64,000 bases of DNA from an uncultured Pseudomonadota bacterium (GCA_964384365.1 CAYLKF010000002.1:98840-162839), one strand, 5' to 3'. Shown: positions 9,887-18,678, counted from the first letter of the stretch. Translations and numbers: made by a program. Notes: generated from the sequence alone by a model not told the origin.

Positions 9887-10605
9887 TCTTTATTGGCATC
9901 GGGATCTAGCGCATTAAACCAGCGCCAACGGCCAGCCCGCCTAGGCTCATTTGGGCCAATGGGTGTGGTGCATAAAATGCAACCGAGTGATTCATAATAC
10001 CAACCGTTTTGATTCCAGTTGAGCAAAGCGTGAATGGGCACTTGGTGATCTTTCGCGTATTCTCGCAGTTGTTTTTCGGTCCAGCTTACCAAAGGAGCCA
10101 CTTTCAAAATGGGGCGTTTGTCTTTGCCGTGCTCGATAATTTCAAAACGCGAGGTATTTGCCCGTGCCTTCGATTGATCGGCGCGCAGGCCCGTGAGCCA
10201 AACATCCACAGTCTCTAAAACACGCTCGTTCGGTTCGACTTTACGAAGATGGCAGCAGAATTCTTGTTTTTCTTTGCTATCAAAAAAAAGATATTCACCG
10301 TGCTCTGAAACCATCTGATTAAGCTTATGAGCATCGGGCTGGATGCGCTCGACTTTTAGATGATATTTTTTTTCGATCGCGTCGAAGAGTTCGTAAGTTT
10401 CTTTGAAAAGCCGTAGGGTATCGATCGTGAATATGCGAGGCTTAACACCCGTTGAGCAGGCCAGATCAATCATCACCGAACCGGTGAGTTGGCCACTGGT
10501 TCCAATTGCCGCTCGATTTCCGAAACGGGTAAAAATTTCCTTCATCAGATCTTTAGGGTCTGAGAATTTTTCAAGATCGGTGATGAGAGAGGGGGTAATT
10601 TGCAT
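9853..10605 (-). CDS. cysH: Adenylylsulfate/phosphoadenylylsulfate reductase (thioredoxin-dependent), APS-reductase-type cysteine pairs
   Basis: PAPS-reductase fold (AIGTSGQLTGSVMIDL, WLTGLRADQS) plus CC...CxxC cysteines (EFCCHL, LGCILC) characteristic of Fe-S APS reductases. Confidence 0.8.
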   Translation of the reverse strand: MQITPSLITDLEKFSDPKDLMKEIFTRFGNRAAIGTSGQLTGSVMIDLACSTGVKPRIFTIDTLRLFKETYELFDAIEKKYHLKVERIQPDAHKLNQMVSEHGEYLFFDSKEKQEFCCHLRKVEPNERVLETVDVWLTGLRADQSKARANTSRFEIIEHGKDKRPILKVAPLVSWTEKQLREYAKDHQVPIHALLNWNQNGWYYESLGCILCTTPIGPNEPRRAGRWRWFNALDPDANKECGLHAPKKED

Positions 10606-10610
10606 GATTT

Positions 10611-10695
10611 ACCTCCCCTCCTTACAAAGGAGGGGATTTAAGGGGAGGTCTCCAATAGGACCTCTCCCTCACCCTCTCCTTTGTAAGGAGAGGGA
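10611..10695. repeat. Tandem GC-rich palindromic hairpin repeats between cysC and cysH
   Basis: cccctcctt-acaa-aggagggg; ggaggtc..gacctc; ccctctccttt-gtaa-ggagaggg. Same family as the copies at 12872-12962, 14230-14252, 16240-16264, 41055-42305 and 59545-59625. Confidence 0.7.
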
Positions 10696-10702
10696 ATAAT
10701 AA

Positions 10703-11308
10703 TTAAATAATCCCTTTTTCCTGAAGCAAGTTTAGCACTTTTTGGGTGCTTTGTTCTAATGTTTCCTTGCCGGTTTCGAGGACGAGCTCGGGCTTATCGG
10801 GGGCTTCATAAGGAGCGGAAATGCCCGTAAATTCAGGAATCTGCCCGGCACGTGCTTTTTTGTATAAGCCTTTGGGGTCGCGGGCTTCGCATTCTTCAAC
10901 ACTCGCCGCACAATAAATTTCGAAGAATTGTCCTTCGGGTACTAATTTGCGGGCTAAATCGCGGTCTGCCTTATAAGGGGAGATGAAAGCGGTGAGAGTC
11001 ACCACATTTGACTCGCAGAAAAGTTTTGCTACTTCGCCAATGCGCCTAATATTTTCTTTTCGATCTTCGGGAGAAAATCCAAGATTTGAATTTAAGCCTT
11101 GGCGGATATTATCGCCATCGAGCACATAAGAATAGAGGCCATTTTCAACGAGGGCCAGCTCTACTTCGCGAGCGACGGTGGATTTTCCCGAAGCGGAAAG
11201 TCCGGTGAACCAGATCACTGCGCCTTGTTGCCCTAAACATTCTTGACGTTGGGCCGCGGTAAGTTTGCCATGGTGCCAGGTGAGATTTTTTGATTTGGGT
11301 TGAGTCAT
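10703..11308 (-). CDS. cysC: Adenylylsulfate kinase
   Basis: P-loop GLSASGKST and overall APS kinase length and sequence pattern. Confidence 0.85.
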   Translation of the reverse strand: MTQPKSKNLTWHHGKLTAAQRQECLGQQGAVIWFTGLSASGKSTVAREVELALVENGLYSYVLDGDNIRQGLNSNLGFSPEDRKENIRRIGEVAKLFCESNVVTLTAFISPYKADRDLARKLVPEGQFFEIYCAASVEECEARDPKGLYKKARAGQIPEFTGISAPYEAPDKPELVLETGKETLEQSTQKVLNLLQEKGII

Positions 11309-11345
11309 ATTTGCTCCTTTATTTTGAGGGCGCTGTTTAAGCCAA

Positions 11346-11930
11346 TTAAGAAGCCGGCGTCAAGGTCGTCTTCAAAAGATTTGCTTCTTCTGCCGAAAAA
11401 GGGAGTTTTAGAGCCAATAGGCGTGCTTTTTCGCTCATCTTGGCCCAAGTTTTTTGAATAATCGCGGGCATTTTTTCAGGAGGAGTTTTTTTCACAAAAT
11501 CCGAGAATTGGTATTCTAAGAAGACCAAGCAGAGGGCATCTTCCATGGTTTGGGTGTCCGGATCTTTTAAGTTTTTCTTGAGATTGATCGCTTTTACTTT
11601 TTCGATGATCTCTGAATTGTAGTTTAAACTCTTCAAAATTTTTTCGGCTTCGTCCGCATGAAATTGGTAAAGATATTTACGCCATTTTAAATACCCTATT
11701 TTTCCTTCTTCAAAATCCGTACGCGGAATCTCCCAACGTTTAAGGTGCTGACAGCGCGAGGCTAAAAGGAGGGCTTCCGAGGCTTGCGGATTCAATTTTT
11801 TCACCCATTCCGTCAGCCGCTGGGCATAAAGCAGTTCACGCGGATATTTTTTCCCCTGAACGAGTTCTAAATGGGGATCTTGTGAGTTTGCTTCATCGAA
11901 TTTTTCAAAGGCAATGCTAAGATTGGTCAT
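11346..11930 (-). CDS. Conserved hypothetical protein
   Basis: 194-aa ORF upstream of and co-oriented with the cys operon; no motif recognised. Confidence 0.45.
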   Translation of the reverse strand: MTNLSIAFEKFDEANSQDPHLELVQGKKYPRELLYAQRLTEWVKKLNPQASEALLLASRCQHLKRWEIPRTDFEEGKIGYLKWRKYLYQFHADEAEKILKSLNYNSEIIEKVKAINLKKNLKDPDTQTMEDALCLVFLEYQFSDFVKKTPPEKMPAIIQKTWAKMSEKARLLALKLPFSAEEANLLKTTLTPAS

Positions 11931-12016
11931 AGTTTCCCAATAGATTTTAGAGGCAACTTATTCATTCTCATTCCGATAATAGATTAAGGGCATACTTAAA
12001 ATATTCGGAGATTTCA

Positions 12017-12595
12017 ATGAAAGTGAATGATAATTCCCTTATTTCAAAAATTCCAAACTCAATGAATGTGGCTGCTTCTCCTCCCACGCCTGCATCTACT
12101 ATAGGGTCAAAAGATTCTTACGTTTTGTCCGAACAACGTGCTGATTTTTCCGCGCGTCTTAGGCCTGCTCCTAGGCCTCATCCTCGAATTCCTCGTCCCG
12201 TACCCGCACCAACACCTGTCCCAGGTCCTTCTGAAACTCAATGTCCAGAGGGATTGCCAGCCGGGTTTTGGCACGGAGATTTGCAGGTCGATGGACAAAG
12301 TCATCCTCTGATTGTGACTGAAGTCGATATGAGGACCGCAGAAGATGTGTTGCGACAATTACAAGTTTGCGAAAGTACTCCAATGATTGCATTCCGCCAT
12401 ACAGTGTTGGGCCATTCTTATTGGCTCATTATGCCACGTTCCGAATTTCCTGTTTCTTATTCACAAATTTGCAATGGTCAAATCCACAGTATTCGATTGC
12501 TTGGAGCAGGACCAATTCTTACTTTACCCATATCAGGTGCTCAATGTCCTGCGTTATCGGCTTTTGAAGCAAGGGGAGTAGTGTTAAGAAATTAA
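12017..12595 (+). CDS. Hypothetical protein with Pro-rich N-terminal region
   Basis: 192-aa ORF; RPAPRPHPRIPRPVPAPTPVPGP low-complexity stretch, then Cys-containing C-terminal domain; no signal peptide. Confidence 0.4.
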   Translation: MKVNDNSLISKIPNSMNVAASPPTPASTIGSKDSYVLSEQRADFSARLRPAPRPHPRIPRPVPAPTPVPGPSETQCPEGLPAGFWHGDLQVDGQSHPLIVTEVDMRTAEDVLRQLQVCESTPMIAFRHTVLGHSYWLIMPRSEFPVSYSQICNGQIHSIRLLGAGPILTLPISGAQCPALSAFEARGVVLRN

Positions 12596-12639
12596 CTTGG
12601 TATGAGTTTTTTTTAGCCTCCCGCATCGAAACTGTACCC

Positions 12640-12670
12640 TTGACAAGATTAACAAAGAAATTTTATACCC
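12640..12670 (+). promoter_or_regulatory. Putative sigma70-type promoter for the riboswitch-controlled operon
   Basis: TTGACA at 12640-12645, 17-nt spacer, TTATAC -10-like element, about 15 nt before the riboswitch P1. Confidence 0.35.
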
Positions 12671-12685
12671 ATTACACAATTTGTT

Positions 12686-12794
12686 GTCTTATCCAGAGTG
12701 GGTGAGGGAATGGCCCGATGACCCCACAGCAACCGCCTGTAAAGGAAGGTGCTAAATCCATCTCTTCGACGTTGAGTTGAAGGGGAAGATAAGG
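12686..12794 (+). promoter_or_regulatory. SAM-I (S-box) riboswitch aptamer
   Basis: cttatccAGAGtGGgtGAGGGAatGGCCCGATGAcCCCacaGCAACC...GGTGCTAAaTCC...gataag matches the conserved S-box core, with P1 closing pair cttatc/gataag. Confidence 0.75.
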
Positions 12795-12798
12795 AGAA

Positions 12799-12861
12799 AA
12801 CCTCTTCTTGTTCTACGGAGATTCTGGAAAGAAATCTTCGGAATAAGAAGAGGTTTTTTTT
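12799..12861 (+). terminator. Riboswitch expression-platform intrinsic terminator (attenuator)
   Basis: Long imperfect hairpin aacctcttcttgttctacggagattc...gaaatcttcggaataagaagaggtt followed by a T9 tract. Confidence 0.7.
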
Positions 12862-12871
12862 TACCATTATC

Positions 12872-12962
12872 TCCTCCTCTTAAGATTAAGAGGAGGTTGG
12901 GAGGAGTTGTGATCAATGAGTTTTCACAACTCCCCCTGACCCCCTCTTGATCTCAAGAGGGG
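12872..12962. repeat. Three palindromic hairpin repeats in the leader between the riboswitch terminator and the ThrC-like start codon
   Basis: cctcctctt-aagatt-aagaggagg; ggagttgtga..tcacaactcc; ccccctctt-gatc-tcaagaggggg. The last overlaps the RBS. Confidence 0.7.
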
Positions 12963-12984
12963 GAAGTAAAAGGAAAAAGTATTT

Positions 12985-14217
12985 ATGACACTGGTTAAAG
13001 GTTTAAAATGTCGGGAATGTGGCCACGGTTATCCAGTCACTCCTACCCATGTGTGTGAGTTTTGCTTTGGTCCGCTTGAAGTCGATTATAATTACGATGA
13101 AATCAAGAATGCTATTTCTCGGGAGAAAATTCTCTCTCGCCCCAAAACCATGTGGCGTTATAAAGAACTGCTTCCCATTGATCAAGAGCCGACGGTAGGC
13201 CGCTTAGCGGGCTTTACTCCTTTAGTGAAGGCCGATCGCTTGGCCAAGGCTTTGGGGGTGCAAGAACTTTATATTAAAAACGATGCGGTCTGTTACCCCA
13301 CCCTTTCTTTTAAAGATCGGGTGGTTTCAGTCGCACTTTCGAAAGCGAAGGAGTTCGGTTTTAAGGTAGTGGCTTGCGCCTCTACAGGTAATCTTGCAAA
13401 TTCTGTGGCGGCCAATGCAGCCAGTGCGGGCTTAGAAAGCTATGTATTTATTCCCCATGATTTAGAAGCGGGTAAGGTTTTAGGAACTCTCGTGTTTGGC
13501 TCCCACGTGGTGGGTATTCGGGGTACTTACGATGAAGTGAATCGCCTCTGCAGTGAAATTGCCGCCAAATATAAATGGGCGTTTGTGAATATTAACGTTC
13601 GACCTTTCTATGCCGAAGGTTCGAAGAGCTTATTTTTTGAAGTGATTGAGCAATTGGGTTGGAAAGTGCCCAAACATGTGGTGGTGCCGATGGCGAGTGG
13701 TTCTTTGCTTACGAAGGTGCACAAAGCCATTAAAGAATTTCAAAAAGTAGGTTTGATTGACTCCAGCGAGTGTAAAATCTATGGTGCCCAGGCTACCGGT
13801 TGCTCGCCCATTGCAACGGCTTTAAAAAGTGGATGGGATTTGTTTAAACCGGTTCGCCCGAATACAATCGCGAAATCTTTAGCGATCGGAAATCCGGCTG
13901 ATGGGTTTTATGCCATGCTCTCGATGAAAGAGACTGGCGGCTGGAGCGAAGATGTGTCGGATGATGAAATAGTTGACGCCATTAAACTTTTAGCTTCGAC
14001 TGAAGGGATCTTTACCGAAACCGCGGGTGGAGTCACTTTAGGGGTGACTAAAAAATTGATTGAACAAGGGAAAATCCCTAAAAATGAGTCTATCGTGATT
14101 TGCATTACCGGTAACGGACTTAAAACCCAAGAAGCGATTGCCGATAAAGTGGGTAAGACGACGATCATTAATGCCAAGCTTGCAGATTTCGATGCGGTTG
14201 TAGAAACGATGAAATAG
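12985..14217 (+). CDS. Threonine-synthase-family PLP enzyme with N-terminal zinc ribbon; candidate homocysteine-forming MetM-like enzyme
   Basis: N-terminal CxxC..CxxC ribbon (CRECGH...CEFC), fold-type II PLP lysine motif SFKDR, 410 aa. Sits behind a SAM riboswitch next to sulfur-carrier genes, so probably not a housekeeping thrC. Confidence 0.75.
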   Translation: MTLVKGLKCRECGHGYPVTPTHVCEFCFGPLEVDYNYDEIKNAISREKILSRPKTMWRYKELLPIDQEPTVGRLAGFTPLVKADRLAKALGVQELYIKNDAVCYPTLSFKDRVVSVALSKAKEFGFKVVACASTGNLANSVAANAASAGLESYVFIPHDLEAGKVLGTLVFGSHVVGIRGTYDEVNRLCSEIAAKYKWAFVNINVRPFYAEGSKSLFFEVIEQLGWKVPKHVVVPMASGSLLTKVHKAIKEFQKVGLIDSSECKIYGAQATGCSPIATALKSGWDLFKPVRPNTIAKSLAIGNPADGFYAMLSMKETGGWSEDVSDDEIVDAIKLLASTEGIFTETAGGVTLGVTKKLIEQGKIPKNESIVICITGNGLKTQEAIADKVGKTTIINAKLADFDAVVETMK

Positions 14218-14229
14218 ACCTCACCCCAA

Positions 14230-14252
14230 CCCTCTCTTTTGTAAGGAGAGGG
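14230..14252. repeat. Palindromic hairpin repeat
   Basis: ccctctcttt-tgta-aggagaggg, preceded by cctcacccc as in the 10611-10695 copy. Confidence 0.6.
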
Positions 14253-14270
14253 AGATTAGAAGGAGATAAA

Positions 14271-14522
14271 ATGTCTCACAACATTCGACGAAAAGTTTAT
14301 TTAACCTTTCCGGCTACCAAAACCAAAGAAGCGATTATTTGCGATATGTACGATAAATATAAAGTACGATTTAACATTCGCAATTCTTCGGTGACTCAAG
14401 AAGTTGGGATCATTGCACTAGAACTCGAAGCGCCGGAAGATAAGATGAATGAAGCGCTCAAATATTTTGAAAGTCGGGGCGTTTTAGTGGAGCCGGTGGA
14501 GATGGATGTTATAGCGGGTTAA
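14271..14522 (+). CDS. Small conserved protein (ACT/NIL-like ferredoxin-fold domain?)
   Basis: 83-aa ORF with good RBS (aggagat), alternating beta-alpha pattern; function uncertain. Confidence 0.4.
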   Translation: MSHNIRRKVYLTFPATKTKEAIICDMYDKYKVRFNIRNSSVTQEVGIIALELEAPEDKMNEALKYFESRGVLVEPVEMDVIAG

Positions 14523-14533
14523 TCCTCTTACAT

Positions 14534-15412
14534 ATGCAAAAAACAATTCTCGATCATATTGGCAATACGCCCCTTTACCAAGTGAGGATGTTTGAAAAAG
14601 AATTTCCGAAAGTAAAAATTTTCGCGAAGCTCGAATTCAATAATCCCGGTGGTTCGGTAAAAGATCGTCCGGCTGCGCGTATGGTTTTAGAAGGAATCAA
14701 GCGGGGCGACTTGAAACCAGGAAAAATCATCATGGATCCGACCAGCGGAAACACGGGCATTGCTCTTGCAATGATTGGTGCGGCGCTCGGTTATCCGGTC
14801 GAATTGGTAGTGCCTAAAAACGTGAGCCCGCGGCGTAAGGCCGTTGCTCAAAGTTTTGGGGCGAAGCTTACTTTTTCATCCGAGATGGAAGGCTCCGATG
14901 GTGCCATTCGCTTGGCGCAAAAACTCAAAAAAGAAAACTCTGAAAAATATTTTTGCCCCGATCAATATAATAATCCGTTGAATCCTCAAGCGCATGCCGA
15001 AACCACGGCCGTTGAAATCTGGAAACAAACCGATGGGAAAGTTACTCATTTTGTAACGGGGATCGGAACGAGCGGAACTCTAATGGGCACTTCGCGGGGT
15101 TTAAAAGGGTTCAATCCAAAAATTCAAACCTATGCGGTGGAGCCCGCCGATGCGCTCCATGGCTTAGAAGGTTTGAAGCATATGCCCAGCTCCATAGTGC
15201 CCGGAATTTATAAACGCGAAACGGTCGACGGGCTTTTTTCGATTCCCACCGAGCCTGCGTGGGAAGTTTGCGAGCGTTTGGCAAAAGAAGAGGGTATTTT
15301 AGTGGGCCATTCTTCGGGCGCTAATTTATTGGGGGCCGTTGAAGTTGCAAAACAAATTCAAGAAGGAATTGTGGTGACTGTTTTTTGTGATTCTGGGGAA
15401 AGATATTTATGA
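14534..15412 (+). CDS. cysM: Cysteine synthase family (CysM/CysK-like O-phosphoserine/O-acetylserine sulfhydrylase)
   Basis: PLP-lysine motif GGSVKDRPA, Gly-rich PLP loop GIGTSGT. 292 aa. Confidence 0.85.
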   Translation: MQKTILDHIGNTPLYQVRMFEKEFPKVKIFAKLEFNNPGGSVKDRPAARMVLEGIKRGDLKPGKIIMDPTSGNTGIALAMIGAALGYPVELVVPKNVSPRRKAVAQSFGAKLTFSSEMEGSDGAIRLAQKLKKENSEKYFCPDQYNNPLNPQAHAETTAVEIWKQTDGKVTHFVTGIGTSGTLMGTSRGLKGFNPKIQTYAVEPADALHGLEGLKHMPSSIVPGIYKRETVDGLFSIPTEPAWEVCERLAKEEGILVGHSSGANLLGAVEVAKQIQEGIVVTVFCDSGERYL

Positions 15413-15873
15413 TTCAAATTTCGGAGTACGTTTTAAAACAAATTTGTCTGCATGCCGAACGCGAATATCCCAATGAAGCTTGCGGAATGATTATTGGCCC
15501 CGAGCATAAAGAAAACGCGATTGGAGTTTTTCCGATTCGCAATATTCAAGAGGAGTTGCATCAGAAAGATCCTCAAAAATATCCGCGTACTGCCAAAACC
15601 GCTTATTATATGGATCCTGGCCAATTAAAAATCGTGGAAAAAGAAGCGAAGAGTAAAAACTTCGATACCAAAGTGATTTATCATTCGCACCCCGATCATG
15701 AAGTTTATTTTTCAGATGAAGATAAATTAATGGCTGCCCCTTGGGGAGAACCCAATCATCCGGGAGTTTCTTGGATTGTCATTTCAGTTCAGAATGGAAG
15801 AGCTCAGGCCGCCAGTGAATTTTTTTGGGAAGAAGAAAAAAAAGAATATGTGGAGAAGAAATTAAAAATTTGA
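15409..15873 (+). CDS. JAMM/MPN+ metalloprotease (Mec+/CysO-hydrolase-like)
   Basis: JAMM motif YHSHPDHEVYFSDED (HxHx7Sx2D) plus upstream Glu; 4-nt overlap with cysM. Confidence 0.8.
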   Translation: MIQISEYVLKQICLHAEREYPNEACGMIIGPEHKENAIGVFPIRNIQEELHQKDPQKYPRTAKTAYYMDPGQLKIVEKEAKSKNFDTKVIYHSHPDHEVYFSDEDKLMAAPWGEPNHPGVSWIVISVQNGRAQAASEFFWEEEKKEYVEKKLKI

Positions 15874-15917
15874 ATGCTTCGACAAGATCGCCGTGCCCAA
15901 TCGGGGCATCTTAAGGC

Positions 15918-16223
15918 TTGTTGGAGAATGAAAAGGAGAACCTTATGTCAATCAAAGTGAGAATCCCCACCCCCTTACAAAAACTCACTCAAAATCAATC
16001 GGAAGTATCGGTGGAGGCCAAAACTGTTCGTGAAGTGATTCAAAATCTCGAAAAAAACTTTCCGGGAATCCAAGAACGTTTGTGTGATGAAAAAGGAAGT
16101 TTACGACGCTTCGTGAATTTTTATGTGAACGAAGAAGATATTCGTTTTCTTCAAGGAGATGCGACTGCTCTTAAAGCAGGGGATGAAGTGTCTATCGTTC
16201 CTGCGATAGCTGGGGGGAAATAG
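15918..16223 (+). CDS. ThiS/MoaD/CysO-type sulfur-carrier protein
   Basis: About 100-aa beta-grasp-like protein ending ...PAIAGGK. A Gly-Gly plus one residue suits JAMM trimming to expose the GG thiocarboxylate terminus. Confidence 0.7.
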   Translation: MLENEKENLMSIKVRIPTPLQKLTQNQSEVSVEAKTVREVIQNLEKNFPGIQERLCDEKGSLRRFVNFYVNEEDIRFLQGDATALKAGDEVSIVPAIAGGK

Positions 16224-16239
16224 TCACAACTCCTCCCCA

Positions 16240-16264
16240 CCTCCTCTTAATCTTAAGAGGAAGG
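16240..16264. repeat. Palindromic hairpin repeat
   Basis: cctcctctt-aatctt-aagaggaagg, preceded by tcacaactcctcccc (compare 12925-12940). Confidence 0.6.
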
Positions 16265-16266
16265 AT

Positions 16267-17448
16267 GTGCAGCGTTGTGAAGTTTTCATGCTTAACCCCG
16301 CACTACTCAAGCTTGAGCTCATTGCGTATGGAATTCATACCGAAGGCGAGGTTCCGCGGCCTTTGGCGAATCCGTTTGGCTTGGTTCATCTTGTTTTGCC
16401 CGAGACTACTGCAGTGAGTGTGCACGAAGTGAAAAGCGAAACGCCTTTTACTCTTTTTAAGAAAAAAGATCGGTTTTATTTAAGAGATAGCCGAAATAAA
16501 AAAGAGATTTCGATTTCGTGGACGCCCCCGCTTCAGAGTTATCAGAAAAAAACTTCTTCTGGGGTTTTGGTTTCCGATATTTTAACTGTTCACGGAGGCT
16601 ATATCGCCGTGCATCCTAAAGGGGCCTGCCGATTTGGAATGAGCGGACTCTCCTGCCGTTACTGCGGTTCTACGCGTGAGCTTTATAAGCATCCTCCCTT
16701 TACGAAAAAAGATCTCATCGAAGCTGTTGAAATTGTCTTGAAAGAAAAGAAATGTGAATTTTTGAATTTTTCATCGGGTCGTGTCGAAACCGAAGATGGC
16801 GGAGTACTCTGGCTTAAACCTTGGGTTGAAGAGATTCGACGTCACTTAGATCTTTTGATTTCACTCGATTTAGTTCCGCCCAAAACCAATGATTGGATTG
16901 ATCAAACTTATGCCATGGGAGTTGATGCGCTTTATTATGATCTCGATTTTTTTAACCCATTAGAAATGGAATCGACCCGGCAATTTCATCTTCAAGAAGA
17001 ACGGCACCTAGAAGCTTTAGCTTATGCCGCCAAGATTTTTCCGAAAGGCGCTGTGCTTTCGCACGTGGTGGTGGGCTTGGAGCCGGTGAAAGAAACCAAA
17101 AAAAAGGTTGATCTTTTATTGCAGCGCGGGGTGGTGCCGGTGCTGGCGTATTTTCCACCCGATTCAACTTCCGATTTAGTAAAAGTTTGGAAAGTAGAAC
17201 CCAAAGAACTCACTTCACTTTATGCGCATCTCTTTGAAGGCTTAGCCAAAACCAAAAACACTCCACATTGGGTGCAACAGCAAGATGTGGTGCTCACTCC
17301 TCTCGAAGGGCGATTTTTTTCCATTCGCTCGCCGGGTCTGCATCTCGCTCTAAAAGAATTTTATCAAACTTCTTTTGGAAGGGGCTTGAGAAGAAGCTTG
17401 GTAGGGGTGCGGCGAAAGTTCAAAAATCCCGCTAAAAATAAGAATTAG
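16267..17448 (+). CDS. Hypothetical protein with Cys-x8-Cys-x2-Cys motif (possible Fe-S/radical-SAM-like), last gene of the riboswitch operon
   Basis: GACRFGMSGLSCRYCGS motif; 393 aa; no canonical CX3CX2C. The start may be the downstream Met (MLNPALL). Confidence 0.5.
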   Translation: MQRCEVFMLNPALLKLELIAYGIHTEGEVPRPLANPFGLVHLVLPETTAVSVHEVKSETPFTLFKKKDRFYLRDSRNKKEISISWTPPLQSYQKKTSSGVLVSDILTVHGGYIAVHPKGACRFGMSGLSCRYCGSTRELYKHPPFTKKDLIEAVEIVLKEKKCEFLNFSSGRVETEDGGVLWLKPWVEEIRRHLDLLISLDLVPPKTNDWIDQTYAMGVDALYYDLDFFNPLEMESTRQFHLQEERHLEALAYAAKIFPKGAVLSHVVVGLEPVKETKKKVDLLLQRGVVPVLAYFPPDSTSDLVKVWKVEPKELTSLYAHLFEGLAKTKNTPHWVQQQDVVLTPLEGRFFSIRSPGLHLALKEFYQTSFGRGLRRSLVGVRRKFKNPAKNKN

Positions 17449-18238
17449 ATTTTCCTTTTGCATTGAGGCTGGCCGTGTAGCGTTTGTTTTTTTCTTTCAC
17501 TCGAATGGAATGCCCAAACGCCTTCGAAAGATTTTTTGTGGTTAAGATCTCTCTCTTTTTTCCTGCCGCCGCGACTTTTCCTTTGCTCAGTAAAAGAATA
17601 TGAGTAAAGTTTTTTGGAATTTCTTCTACATGGTGAGTGACTAAAATCAAAGTGGGTGGTTTTTGCGAAGAAACGAGCTCGTTTAAGAAATTCAAAAATT
17701 CTTCTCGAGCCACCAAATCTAGGCCCGCGCAGGGTTCATCCAATATCAAAATTTTGTAATCTGCCATGAGGGCACGGCCAATCAAAATGCGCTGGCGTTC
17801 TCCTTGAGAGAGTTGAATCCAGGTTCTTTCAGCAAGATGTGTGGCCTTAATTTTTTTGAGAATGCTCTTTGCTTTTTTTAAATCTTCTTTCGAAATTTTG
17901 CCCCAGTGATTGATCATCGCCTCTTTGCCGCTGAGCACGAGTTTGAGGGCTGTTTCATCGGCCTGAATCATCGAATGAATCACCGTGCTGACTAACCCCA
18001 CTTTTTTGCGAAGTTCCCGCCAATCACTTTGACCATACGTTTGATCTAAAACAGTAAGTTTGCCGGAGCTCGGAGTGACGTAACCTGTTAAGGCCCCCAA
18101 AAGAGTGCTTTTACCGGAGCCATTGGGGCCCAAGATTACCCAATGCTCTCCGGCATGAAAAATCCAATTCAAATCTTGAAGAATTGCTTGTTCTCGCCAG
18201 AGTTTTAGGTGTTTAATCTCAATGATTTTTTGTTTCAT
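17432..18238 (-). CDS. ABC transporter ATP-binding protein
   Basis: Walker A GPNGSGKST, signature LSQGERQR, Walker B ILILDEP. Confidence 0.8.
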   Translation of the reverse strand: MKQKIIEIKHLKLWREQAILQDLNWIFHAGEHWVILGPNGSGKSTLLGALTGYVTPSSGKLTVLDQTYGQSDWRELRKKVGLVSTVIHSMIQADETALKLVLSGKEAMINHWGKISKEDLKKAKSILKKIKATHLAERTWIQLSQGERQRILIGRALMADYKILILDEPCAGLDLVAREEFLNFLNELVSSQKPPTLILVTHHVEEIPKNFTHILLLSKGKVAAAGKKREILTTKNLSKAFGHSIRVKEKNKRYTASLNAKGKSNSYF

Positions 18239-18249
18239 GTCTGCATTCT

Positions 18250-18678
18250 ATGAAAGGAAGGGCTATGGTCAAAATAATTCTTCTTACTTTTGTTTTGCTC
18301 CTATTTTGTTTTTTGATGGATGGAATTTGGCTAGGAGTTGTAGCGAATAAATTTTACCGCCAAGAAATTGGTGTGATTATGCGCAGTTCTCCTTTATCCG
18401 ACCCCAAAATCTTGGCCTCGATTGTGATGGTTTATTTGCTCATGATCAGCGGAATTTTATATTTTATTGTTCTTTCTCCTGCGGCTTCTTCCGGAGTTTT
18501 TCTAAAAGGGGCCCTCTTGGGTTTAGTGGTTTACGGGGTTTATGATTTTACCAATTACGCTATTTTAAAAGATTGGACCTTCAAGGTTTTGGTGGCTGAT
18601 GTGCTTTGGGGTGTTTTTCTGTGTGGAATGATTGCACAAGTGGGTAAAGTTTTATCCAAATTTTTTGGATTGGCTTAG
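18250..18678 (+). CDS. Small integral membrane protein (DUF2177-like)
   Basis: 142 aa with four predicted TM helices. Confidence 0.5.
   Translation: MKGRAMVKIILLTFVLLLFCFLMDGIWLGVVANKFYRQEIGVIMRSSPLSDPKILASIVMVYLLMISGILYFIVLSPAASSGVFLKGALLGLVVYGVYDFTNYAILKDWTFKVLVADVLWGVFLCGMIAQVGKVLSKFFGLA

Noticed and set aside
12649-12867. 72-aa minus-strand ORF overlapping the SAM riboswitch
   Set aside because: The region matches the S-box consensus and terminator on the plus strand; an antisense peptide here is not credible.
10611-16264. Possibility that the short palindromic repeats form a CRISPR array
   Set aside because: Copies are dispersed kilobases apart, imperfect, of variable length, and not separated by uniform-length unique spacers; no cas genes are present.
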